Virus record (IMG/VR): IMGVR_UViG_3300042473_001265
Location: 248,001 to 312,000 of that record
Strand: one strand, 5' to 3'
DNA: 64,000 bases
Positions 54,466-63,083 of this stretch are shown here, piece after piece. Made by a program: the position numbers and the translations under genes. The number at the start of each line of letters is the position of its first letter. The stretch's first letter is position 1. The notes beneath the pieces are model-generated. The model was not told where the DNA came from. It did no database searches and saw nothing but the letters and a program-made list of their open reading frames with translations.

Positions 54466-56214
54466 ATGATATTCGGATACTTTACATTATTTGTTGCACT
54501 GGTCATCAGTGCAGTGGCAGAGTTCTATAGCATTATAGGCCTGACTTCTATTTTTTCCGCAGCTTTTTGGCCGGTGGTTATTATGGGTGTTGCACTTGGA
54601 GTAGGCAAAATCACAGCCGCAATTTGGTTGAAATTAAATTGGCACCGTGCCAGTATAACTTATAAACTGTATCTGGTTCCAGCACTGGTATTCCTCATGT
54701 TGTTGACCAGCATGGGCATTTTTGGCTTTTTGAGCAAGGCACACAGCGATCAAAGTCTGGTGTCGGGCGATGTTACCAGTAAGATTGCAATATATGATGA
54801 AAAAATCAAAACCGAAAAAGAGAATATTGAAGCAAACCGTAAGGCACTTAAACAGATGGATGAAGGAGTGGACCAAGTACTGGGCCGCTCAACATCAGAA
54901 ACGGGTGCCGACAAAGCTGTGGCTCTGCGTCGAGCCCAGCAGAAAGAACGTGCTCGCCTTCAAGCTGAAATATCGCAGTCGCAAAAGTCTATTGCGGAAC
55001 TTAACGATGCCCGTGCGCCTATTGCCGCTGAGGTCCGTAAAGTTGAAGCCGAGGTTGGACCAATAAAATACATTGCGGCATTTATCTATGGTGATAATCC
55101 CGACGCCAATTTGTTGGAAAAAGCAGTGACATGGGTGATTATTATTATTGTTGCAGTGTTTGATCCTCTGGCGCTGATGTTAATTCTTGCTGCTCAACAA
55201 AGTATAAAATGGAATCGTGAAGAAACGGATGAAGACGCCCACAAAAGGATTGAGCAAGAGTTAACAGAAACAATGCAGGATCTCGGCAGAGTGGCCGAGC
55301 CCAAGTATGAAGCCGACGACGGCGCGTTGACCGGCCATCAGGTTGAACAGATTAAAAAAACACTAGCACAGCAACACCCTTATCTGGACCAGCCGTTTGT
55401 GCATTTTAAAAATCTTACACCAATGGTGTATAAACCGGGTGAAACAACTACACTGCCAAAACATCCAAGCATCAATGACTTTGTACCGCAGACCACAGAG
55501 TACATCATTGAAGAAGATACTATCCCTTGTCACAAGTGCGGCACTGATTTAGTAAATGCACCGGGCATCGGGCTATTTTGCCCCAACAAGGCGTGTGATG
55601 TACTAGACGGCCCATTGTGGGATGATCAACTAGAACTTGATTTTACCCAGCCATTGCCCTCAGAGTACCGTTCTTACAAATTGTTTGTGCAACCGGAAAC
55701 AGTGGTTGAGCCAGAAGTGCAGCCACCAACAACAATTATCAGCAGCGACGACCCAATGGATGACGATGTCGAACTTAGTTCGATGGATTCTGTTGAAAAG
55801 GACGCGGCCAGACGATGGAAAGCAGCTCACCCCGGCCACACTTTGAAATTTCAACGACGACTAGTTGACATGGGAAAACTGGCACAACTTCCTTGGTTGG
55901 CAGCAGAATACAATTCTAGCTTGGTTCCAGATATTGATTTGGGCAATGAAACACAATCAGGATTTGGCATTGCGTTTCCTACTGCTCCCAACAAAGGCGA
56001 CAGCTATCTGCGTGTAGACCGACTGCCAAGTGTGCTGTACAAGTTCAATGGCCTTGGCTGGATAGAAGTAGACAAAGCTCTCAGTGACCGTTACGCACAC
56101 GACGAAGCATACATTGATTATCTCATCTCCAAGATAGACACTGGTGAGTATGATCCAGACCTGCTGAGTGATGCCGAGAGAGAACAGATTGAACAAAGAT
56201 TAACTGGAAACTAG
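54466..56214 (+). CDS. Multi-pass membrane protein with coiled coil and Zn-ribbon
   Basis: N-terminal TM helices, heptads, further TM 'WVIIIIVAVFDPLALMLILAA', 'CHKC...CPNKAC'. Confidence 0.75.
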   Translation: MIFGYFTLFVALVISAVAEFYSIIGLTSIFSAAFWPVVIMGVALGVGKITAAIWLKLNWHRASITYKLYLVPALVFLMLLTSMGIFGFLSKAHSDQSLVSGDVTSKIAIYDEKIKTEKENIEANRKALKQMDEGVDQVLGRSTSETGADKAVALRRAQQKERARLQAEISQSQKSIAELNDARAPIAAEVRKVEAEVGPIKYIAAFIYGDNPDANLLEKAVTWVIIIIVAVFDPLALMLILAAQQSIKWNREETDEDAHKRIEQELTETMQDLGRVAEPKYEADDGALTGHQVEQIKKTLAQQHPYLDQPFVHFKNLTPMVYKPGETTTLPKHPSINDFVPQTTEYIIEEDTIPCHKCGTDLVNAPGIGLFCPNKACDVLDGPLWDDQLELDFTQPLPSEYRSYKLFVQPETVVEPEVQPPTTIISSDDPMDDDVELSSMDSVEKDAARRWKAAHPGHTLKFQRRLVDMGKLAQLPWLAAEYNSSLVPDIDLGNETQSGFGIAFPTAPNKGDSYLRVDRLPSVLYKFNGLGWIEVDKALSDRYAHDEAYIDYLISKIDTGEYDPDLLSDAEREQIEQRLTGN

Positions 56215-56215
56215 A

Positions 56216-57424
56216 ATGACCATCAGATCAACACCCACGCATTGCAGTTTTTGTGACAAGCACAAGGATCAAGTCGTCAAACTGATTGTGGGGCACAATG
56301 TAGGCATATGCAACGAGTGTGTTGATTTTTGTCACGGGCTACTGATAAAAGAACAGGCCAAAACAAAAAACGTCACAGAAGAATCAATTTTAGATCCACG
56401 AGCAATACACAAATATCTTGATCAGTATGTGATTGGTCAACCAACTGCTAAAATTGTGTTGAGTGTGGCTGTGGCCAATCATTACAAGCGCATCAGTGAT
56501 ACAGGTCTAGAACAAGAAATACAAAAAGCCAATATCTTAATAACAGGACCAACCGGCACAGGCAAAACACTGATGGCCCGTACTGTGGCCAAATATTTAG
56601 ATGTTCCTTTTGTCATTGCAGATGCAACCACATTGACCGAAGCAGGTTATGTGGGTGATGATGTTGACAGTTTGATCACACGGTTATATCATGCCAGTGG
56701 AAATGATGTGGAACGCACACAGCGCGGTATTATATTCCTAGACGAAGTAGACAAAATAGCCCGCAAAAGCGAAAGCGCCACGGTAACACGGGACATATCC
56801 GGCGAGGGTGTGCAGCAAGCACTGCTCAAACTGATCGAAGGTACCAAGTGCAAAGTGGCCCAGCAAAATAGTCGCAAGGTCTCAACAGGTGAAACAGTTG
56901 ACATCGACACTACCAACATCCTGTTTATCTGTGGTGGAGCTTTTGTTGGGCTAGACAAAGTTATCAAAACCCGCACACACGGAACTGCCATTGGATTTGG
57001 TGCAAAGTTAACAGTGCCAAACAACGCCACAACAGAAGCAATCACTCCAGACGATCTAGTACGCTACGGAATGATACCGGAGTTTGTGGGAAGATTTCCC
57101 AGCATTATACAACTGGACGAGCTGACCAAACCACAACTTATTACCATTCTTACCGAAGTAAAAAACAACCTGGTTGGTCAGTACAGATGGTTGTTTAACC
57201 AAGATGGGGTAGCATTGGACTTTGATACCGACAGTTTAGATCTAATTGCTGAACGCACAATGGTCACAAAAACTGGTGCTCGTGGACTGCATACAGAACT
57301 AGAGCGTGTGTTGTTGCCGCATATGTACAACTTGAAAGATTATCAGTCACGCAATGTGCTAAAAATTGCCATTGACAAAACACAAGTCACAACGCCTCTT
57401 AAATTAGAACAACAAAATTCTTAA
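56216..57424 (+). CDS. clpX: ATP-dependent Clp protease ATP-binding subunit ClpX
   Basis: 'CSFC...CNEC..FC', 'GPTGTGKT', 'GYVG', 'FLDEVDK', 'IGFG', 'GARGL'. Confidence 0.95.
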   Translation: MTIRSTPTHCSFCDKHKDQVVKLIVGHNVGICNECVDFCHGLLIKEQAKTKNVTEESILDPRAIHKYLDQYVIGQPTAKIVLSVAVANHYKRISDTGLEQEIQKANILITGPTGTGKTLMARTVAKYLDVPFVIADATTLTEAGYVGDDVDSLITRLYHASGNDVERTQRGIIFLDEVDKIARKSESATVTRDISGEGVQQALLKLIEGTKCKVAQQNSRKVSTGETVDIDTTNILFICGGAFVGLDKVIKTRTHGTAIGFGAKLTVPNNATTEAITPDDLVRYGMIPEFVGRFPSIIQLDELTKPQLITILTEVKNNLVGQYRWLFNQDGVALDFDTDSLDLIAERTMVTKTGARGLHTELERVLLPHMYNLKDYQSRNVLKIAIDKTQVTTPLKLEQQNS

Positions 57425-57429
57425 ATTTA

Positions 57430-57460
57430 TTGACAGATGTTGAGATATCTGTTATAAATA
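57430..57460 (+). promoter_or_regulatory. Overlapping sigma70-like (TTGACA-17-TATAAA) and late (TATAAATA) promoters
   Basis: TTGACA 57430-35, TATAAATA 57453-60. Confidence 0.7.
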
Positions 57461-57464
57461 ATCG

Positions 57465-57525
57465 TGTAGTGCCCATGGTGGGGCTACATTTTAAAAGTCA
57501 TCTTGCTTAATAAAGGAGAAAACAA
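57465..57525 (+). promoter_or_regulatory. ROSE-like RNA thermometer in the hsp20 5'UTR
   Basis: 5' hairpin TGTAG-TGCCC-ATGGT-GGGG-CTACA; 3' hairpin CTTGCTT-AATA-AAGGAG with a UUGCU motif pairing the SD. Confidence 0.65.
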
Positions 57526-57984
57526 ATGACAAAAACTCTCACCCTTCGCTCTTTCGACATTCCTGCAATTCACAAATTTGGCATCGGATTCGACAACATG
57601 TTTGATGATCTCATGCGTGTGAGTGCTCAACAATCTACCACAAATTATCCACCTTATGATATTGTACAAATCAACGAAGATGAGTACATGATTGCTGTGG
57701 CTGTGGCCGGATTTGGCGACGACAATCTTTCAGTGATCAAGGACAAAAAAGTTTTGGTCATTGAAGGTAAGCACAGCCGTGAAACTGTGGACAATGAAGA
57801 TTCTACTGCAAAATATCTGCACAAAGGCATCAGTGAAAGACATTTCCGCAGGGAATTTCAGTTGGCTGATCATGTGGAAATTGTCAATGCAAATCTTGAA
57901 CTGGGCATCTTGAGCATACACCTAAAGCGTGATATTCCTGAAGAAGCCAAGCCAAAGACCATTGCAATCAACTACAAAAAGTAA
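57526..57984 (+). CDS. hsp20: Small heat-shock protein (Hsp20/IbpA family)
   Basis: 'IGFDNMF', 'NYPPYDI', 'AVAGF', 'YLHKGISER.F.R.F.L', 'GILSI.L'. Confidence 0.95.
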   Translation: MTKTLTLRSFDIPAIHKFGIGFDNMFDDLMRVSAQQSTTNYPPYDIVQINEDEYMIAVAVAGFGDDNLSVIKDKKVLVIEGKHSRETVDNEDSTAKYLHKGISERHFRREFQLADHVEIVNANLELGILSIHLKRDIPEEAKPKTIAINYKK

Positions 57985-58045
57985 TATAATAATCATAAGT
58001 ACAGTGGCAGCACAGTGCTGCCACTACTACAACAAAGGACACACT

Positions 58046-58360
58046 ATGACATCACCAGATATCAATACATTAATCAAATCAAAAGTAGAACTGCGTGAAC
58101 CACCAATGTTTAAGATCATCTACTTGAACGACACCAAGACATCTGTAGATTTTGTAGTTGAAAGTTTAATCACACACTTTGAATACACAGCAGACACTGC
58201 TGTCGCCATCACTGAAGATATCCATAATTCTGGATCCGCAGTGGTAGCAGTATTGCCCTACGAAATTGCTGAACAAAAAGGCATCGAAGTCACTGTGGAT
58301 GCTCGCAATCATAATTTTCCATTGCAGATCAAGCTGGAACCTGAAACAGTTGTGCATTGA
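58046..58360 (+). CDS. clpS: ClpS N-degron adaptor-like protein
   Basis: 'PPMFKIIYLND..T..DFV', 'IHNSG.AVV...YEIAE', 'FPL'; AAGGA SD before ATG 58046. Confidence 0.9.
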   Translation: MTSPDINTLIKSKVELREPPMFKIIYLNDTKTSVDFVVESLITHFEYTADTAVAITEDIHNSGSAVVAVLPYEIAEQKGIEVTVDARNHNFPLQIKLEPETVVH

Positions 58361-58367
58361 ATAAAAT

Positions 58368-59156
58368 TTAAAAATCTATGCTGATGCGTTTGGGATAATA
58401 AGTTGGTGTCCAGCCACTGTCTTCTTGTCGGCCCTTGCAATTGTTCACATAGCGTACCCCGTTGATGTTGCGATCTACTGAATTGTGATAGTGACCAAAG
58501 CACCATGTGTCTATTTTGTTTTCAGTGTCTTCGTCCAGCACTAGCGACATGTGCGAATTACCCATTTTGTTGAACTCGTAGGTGTCGGTTATGCTGACAT
58601 CGTGACTGATAAGATCCATGGCAGGCACAGTGTGCGTGACCACAACAATGCGTTTGACATCTGAATGTGTTTGTAGTTTTTTAACACTGTTGATTAGATA
58701 AGCAACATCATCAAATGCAAAAGACTCTATTTCTGCGGTGGTATCGTAATTGGTTTTCATCACATCAGTCCACCACAGCTTGCACTGTTGTTCGTCTATG
58801 TTGCGATCAAAGTCCCAGGTCCACCATCCATTGGTGCCAATGATAGCAACACCATTGATGATCACACAGTTGTTTTGTAAAAACACAACATTTGGAATGT
58901 CAGTTATTGCTTCTTCCAGTATGGAATAACTTTGTTCAATCACATCTAAATTGTATCTGTGTTCGTTGTTGCCATCTATATAAAACACTGCTTGATAGCA
59001 TTTGCCCAAGTGCTCAAGAGTTTCTCTTACCACTTCTACATCACGGGAAATGTCTCCGGCAACTATACAAATAGGACTGGTAGCTTGCCCCATCCAGTCC
59101 AGGGTCTCATGCGGATCCAAATGCAGGTCGGAAATTAAATCAAAGGTCATTTGCAT
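58368..59156 (-). CDS. Calcineurin-like metallophosphoesterase
   Basis: 'ISDLH', 'AGDIS', 'DGNNEH', 'VTHTVP', 'FGHYH'. Confidence 0.9.
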   Translation of the reverse strand: MQMTFDLISDLHLDPHETLDWMGQATSPICIVAGDISRDVEVVRETLEHLGKCYQAVFYIDGNNEHRYNLDVIEQSYSILEEAITDIPNVVFLQNNCVIINGVAIIGTNGWWTWDFDRNIDEQQCKLWWTDVMKTNYDTTAEIESFAFDDVAYLINSVKKLQTHSDVKRIVVVTHTVPAMDLISHDVSITDTYEFNKMGNSHMSLVLDEDTENKIDTWCFGHYHNSVDRNINGVRYVNNCKGRQEDSGWTPTYYPKRISIDF

Positions 59157-59162
59157 GATACA

Positions 59163-59168
59163 TATTTA
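59163..59168 (-). promoter_or_regulatory. TAAATA late-promoter-like motif, leaderless arrangement
   Basis: 6 nt before ATG 59156 on the minus strand. Confidence 0.55.
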
Positions 59169-59182
59169 AAAGGATTTACAAC

Positions 59183-59545
59183 ATGAACATTATTATTGAC
59201 CCAGATCAGCTGAAAACATATCAGGAAAAATACACTGTGTTGGAACTGGACACTATTCGCATGGTGCCAGAAAACAAACAAGTGACGGCCTACTGTGTGG
59301 TTGAATCAATTCCTATTTTGGAATTGCATTTGACAGAAAGCAAGCGAAATCTACACAATGGTCTATTGGAAAACTATCGCAAACGCGACTGGAACTACTG
59401 CCATCAGGCCCTGGACCATTTGATCGGCAGTTGGAATGGCGAATTAGATTCATTCTACGATGATGTACGCAACAGAATCAATGTGTTTATGGAAAATGAT
59501 CCCGGGCCGCAATGGGACGGCATTATAGAAAAACACACAGCATAA
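59183..59545 (+). CDS. Protein resembling the C-terminal tail (TPR-like) of class III adenylate cyclases
   Basis: 'LELDTIRM', 'YRKRDW', 'SFY..RI..F....PG.QWDGI'. Confidence 0.55.
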   Translation: MNIIIDPDQLKTYQEKYTVLELDTIRMVPENKQVTAYCVVESIPILELHLTESKRNLHNGLLENYRKRDWNYCHQALDHLIGSWNGELDSFYDDVRNRINVFMENDPGPQWDGIIEKHTA

Positions 59546-59566
59546 TTGTATTGGACACTGGTGCGA

Positions 59567-59572
59567 TAAATA
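59567..59572 (+). promoter_or_regulatory. TAAATA late-promoter-like motif
   Basis: Upstream of the 59618-64000 operon. Confidence 0.55.
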
Positions 59573-59617
59573 TCAACAAGCCAACAAAGATTGGCTGCGA
59601 TTATAAAGGCCAGTGAA

Positions 59618-60193
59618 ATGAAAAAATTAAATTACCTGGCGGCAATTTTGGGGTTTGTTGCCGTTTCTGCGTTTGCACAGTCAGACCCAATTGTGACTGA
59701 CAGTACCAGTCGTAGTACCAGCACCAGCAACAATACCAATACCAACATCAGTGACAGTCGTAGTGTGAGTGACAGCACTCAGACTCTACGGTCGCCACCA
59801 CCCACGGCCGTGGCACCAGCAGTCACAACCATCAACAATGATGTGTGCGCTGTGGTAGCATCAGGTGCTGTGCAAACACAGATTTTTGGATTCAGCATGG
59901 GCGGTACCATGCGGGACATGAACTGCGAACGCATCAAACTCAGCAAGAACTTGTTTGACATGGGCATGAAAGTAGCAGCCGTGGCCACCTTGTGCCAAGA
60001 CGAGCGTGTGTTTGCTGCCATGATTGCAGCAGGAACACCTTGCCCCATAGACGGCAAAATTGGTGTACAGGCCAAGGCTGAATGGGACAGTCGCGGTGTG
60101 CTAGCAAATGACAAAAAGGCCATTGGCTTCTACGGCGTACCGCCCAAAAAAGCACCTGCTGCTGTTGTGTCTGAGACTCCTGAGGTCAAATGA
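59618..60193 (+). CDS. Signal-peptide-bearing protein with four Cys
   Basis: 'MKKLNYLAAILGFVAVSAFA|QSD'; Ser/Thr linker; 'C..SGAVQTQIFG...NCER...LCQD..VF.AM..AGTPCP'. Confidence 0.75.
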   Translation: MKKLNYLAAILGFVAVSAFAQSDPIVTDSTSRSTSTSNNTNTNISDSRSVSDSTQTLRSPPPTAVAPAVTTINNDVCAVVASGAVQTQIFGFSMGGTMRDMNCERIKLSKNLFDMGMKVAAVATLCQDERVFAAMIAAGTPCPIDGKIGVQAKAEWDSRGVLANDKKAIGFYGVPPKKAPAAVVSETPEVK

Positions 60194-62436
60194 AACTGAT
60201 CAGTCAACTGCTTGTGGCATTGGCTGTGTCAATCTCAGGGTTGACTGTGTCAGCACAGACCACAGGAACCAGTGCTCCACTCACAGGCAGTTGGAACAAT
60301 GTAGTGACCGGCACTCATCCCGGTGCCAATGAGTGTTGCTGGGGCGGTCCACAACCTCTGTATGATCCTGCAACCAACACCATACATTTCTCCTACACTC
60401 TGACCGCAGTGCATAGAGTCATAGCCATCAATCAAGCACTGTCTGGTTCTGGTGTACAAATCAATGGGTACAACTGGGGCTATGATTTGAGAAACATGAA
60501 CGGTGTGCGTGGTGTGCAAACCGGAACTGACTCTATTGTGGCCACCACATTCATGACCAATCGGTTCAATCAGTTTCTAGCGCAAGATGACCGACACTAC
60601 AACACACAGTTTGACTGGACTAGATTTTCTGGCACAGTGGGATTGCCCACTAGTGTGAGCCTGGCAGATAGTGGTTCCCTGGGCATTCAGTTTGTGGCCA
60701 ACGACAGCGGTAACTGGGGTGGATATTACGGCCCTCAGGTGCGCGATGTTGAGATGACTGTGAACTATACCTCGGCACCGCCGGATCCTTGTGTGGCCAA
60801 TCCTCAGAGTTCGCCTTCATGCCCGGGCTACACAATTATTTCAGACAACCTGGTGCCATTTCCCAACCACTGGACCACTGCCGGCCAAGGCATCAATCAG
60901 ACCTATGCCATCAACCAGGCCCTGAGTTCAGTGGGCGCTGGTGTTGTGATCCACGGTTTCAATTATGGCTATCAATACAATCTGGGCAGCTCATACTCTC
61001 AGTGTACAGCGTTCAATCAAGACGGCAGTTGCTCATGGACCATGACATTTAATCCGCGAGTGGATGTGAACTTTAAAATTCGCAGCAACACCAATAGCCT
61101 GTTGTATGATGTTACTCACAGCGAAACTGGCAATAATACCGGCAATCGCAGTAGAGATTATCAATACAGATTTGCCAATCCCCGATCAATCACTGAACTG
61201 GGCAACATTGGATACTCAGCTACGACTGCAGGTAATTCTACAATTTTTGGTATGTATAGCCAGGCTGCTTATACCATAGACGAGTGCGTGGTCAACCCAC
61301 TTAGTTCAACCACCTGCTCGGGCTATGCACAGGCCTACTTTGACCAACAGTGCGGTGCTAATCCCCTATACAACTCACAGTGTGCTGGCTATGCACAGGC
61401 CTATTTTGATCAACAGTGCTCGAACAATGCGTTATACAGCTCACAGTGTCCAGGCTATACTCAGGCCTATTTCAACCAACAATGCACAGCCAATTCCTTG
61501 TACAGCACTGCCTGTCCAGGATATGCCACTGCCTACTACAATTATCAGTGTTCGGCCAACCCATTATACCACACAGGCTGTACAGGATATGCACAGGCCT
61601 ATTTTGACCAACAGTGCAGCTTGAACACACTTTACAATTCGCAGTGTCCTGGGTATGCTGATGCCTATTATGTACAACAATGCACTGGCAGTCCACTGTA
61701 TGATTCAGGATGTACAGGATATGCTCAAGCCTACTTTGATCAACAGTGCGGCCTGGATCCACTCTACAATTCGCAGTGTACAGGCTATCGTGAAGCTTAT
61801 GCTTTGAAATACATTGTGATTGAAAAACCCAAGGCAGAAGAAACAGTGTCAGTCGGAGTCATGGCCATAGCAAACACCGCTCCGGCAGCAGCCGAACCAG
61901 CACCTCCAGCAGCACCTGCACCAATGGCCACAGCATCGCCTGCAGAGTCTGCCACTGCCCCTGTGCAACTTGTGCCACCACCTGCACCCGTGGCCGCAGC
62001 AGCACCTGCAGAAAGCAAAAAAGAAACCAAGGCCACTGCTGATGCAACCAGCAGCACCTCCGGCACCTCCAACAGCAGCGGTTCAAAAGAACAGCCCAAA
62101 ACCAATCGGCAAGCCTTGGCCGAACGCAGAATGGAAGCAGCCCGTGAAAAAGCAACAGCCGCGGCCAAACAAAATCCTGCTGCAATGGCAGCACAAATGG
62201 ACGCAGCAGGCAGCATGGAACAACAGGTTGAACTGCAATCCGTGGTACTAGGTGCAATGGGATTTGTAGCAGGATTTGATACATACAGCCGCAGCACCAT
62301 ACCCGACGCTGTGGGATACAAGCCATTTGATATCTATCCTGGGCAGCGCAACATAGACTCACCTGCAGCAAGATTGCTGCTGGTGCGCAGTGATAGAATC
62401 CACCAAGACATGGTGGACAGTCAATACAAAAAATAA
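60190..62436 (+). CDS. Large signal-peptide-bearing protein with Cys-rich tandem repeats
   Basis: 'MKLISQLLVALAVSISGLTVSA|Q'; 8 x 22-aa repeats; Ala/Pro linker. Confidence 0.8.
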   Translation: MKLISQLLVALAVSISGLTVSAQTTGTSAPLTGSWNNVVTGTHPGANECCWGGPQPLYDPATNTIHFSYTLTAVHRVIAINQALSGSGVQINGYNWGYDLRNMNGVRGVQTGTDSIVATTFMTNRFNQFLAQDDRHYNTQFDWTRFSGTVGLPTSVSLADSGSLGIQFVANDSGNWGGYYGPQVRDVEMTVNYTSAPPDPCVANPQSSPSCPGYTIISDNLVPFPNHWTTAGQGINQTYAINQALSSVGAGVVIHGFNYGYQYNLGSSYSQCTAFNQDGSCSWTMTFNPRVDVNFKIRSNTNSLLYDVTHSETGNNTGNRSRDYQYRFANPRSITELGNIGYSATTAGNSTIFGMYSQAAYTIDECVVNPLSSTTCSGYAQAYFDQQCGANPLYNSQCAGYAQAYFDQQCSNNALYSSQCPGYTQAYFNQQCTANSLYSTACPGYATAYYNYQCSANPLYHTGCTGYAQAYFDQQCSLNTLYNSQCPGYADAYYVQQCTGSPLYDSGCTGYAQAYFDQQCGLDPLYNSQCTGYREAYALKYIVIEKPKAEETVSVGVMAIANTAPAAAEPAPPAAPAPMATASPAESATAPVQLVPPPAPVAAAAPAESKKETKATADATSSTSGTSNSSGSKEQPKTNRQALAERRMEAAREKATAAAKQNPAAMAAQMDAAGSMEQQVELQSVVLGAMGFVAGFDTYSRSTIPDAVGYKPFDIYPGQRNIDSPAARLLLVRSDRIHQDMVDSQYKK
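61285..61812 (+). repeat. In-frame tandem repeat, 8 x 66 bp (CxxNPLYxxxCxGYAQAYFxQQ)
   Basis: Unit starts at 61285, 61351 and onward every 66 bp; two invariant Cys per unit. Confidence 0.92.
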
Positions 62437-62447
62437 AGGAGACCAAA

Positions 62448-63068
62448 ATGTCAGAAGAAATTAAAGATGTCAATGCCAAAATTGACGAAGCTGAAAAAGC
62501 TGTAAAGAAGTATGCCAGCAAAGACACTGTGATCAGCATTGGCGGGTATGAATTTACTCCAGCCAAGCTCATGGTAGCAGCTACCATTGTGAGTTCAACA
62601 CTAGGCGGCTTATATGGTGCGTTTGAAGTGTACAAGGACTATCAGGGCATGAAGAAAAAGATTGCTGAATATTCAGCACCAGACTTGAGTGGCTTTGACA
62701 AAAGGCTGGCCGTGATTGAAGAAAATTCAGGCAAGACCAGCGACTACACTCGTGACATCAAAAATGATCTAAAGAACGATATTCGCCGCAACGAAACTGT
62801 GACAGAACAAGTGGAGCGCAGTGTAAAAACTGCTCAGCGTGAGACTGAAGCTGAAATGCGAGCAGCCCGCAAAGATGTGCGTGAAGACCTTGACAAGGCT
62901 CGTGCTGAAGTCAATACTATACGCAAAGAAATGGCTGATGCTCGTAGAGAGATCAATTCTGAAACTCAATCACTCAAGAGAGAAGTCAATAGAGAAGTGG
63001 AAGCATTGAAGAAAGAACTTGATCAAAAAATTCAGCGAGCCATTGATAATCCCTTGGCTGGTAAATAA
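62448..63068 (+). CDS. Membrane-anchored coiled-coil protein
   Basis: AAGGAG SD; TM 'LMVAATIVSSTLGGLYGAF'; long heptad region. Confidence 0.75.
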   Translation: MSEEIKDVNAKIDEAEKAVKKYASKDTVISIGGYEFTPAKLMVAATIVSSTLGGLYGAFEVYKDYQGMKKKIAEYSAPDLSGFDKRLAVIEENSGKTSDYTRDIKNDLKNDIRRNETVTEQVERSVKTAQRETEAEMRAARKDVREDLDKARAEVNTIRKEMADARREINSETQSLKREVNREVEALKKELDQKIQRAIDNPLAGK

Positions 63069-63083
63069 TTCAAAGGAGTTAAC

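Noticed and set aside
38453-61812. Diversity-generating retroelement (Mtd_N-like tail protein plus repeated segments)
   Set aside because: No reverse transcriptase in the window; the 66-bp repeats vary at all bases rather than at adenines, and no TR/VR pair is seen
61797-62635. 174- and 258-aa antisense ORFs
   Set aside because: Shadows of the Ala/Pro-rich linker of 60190-62436; no independent signals
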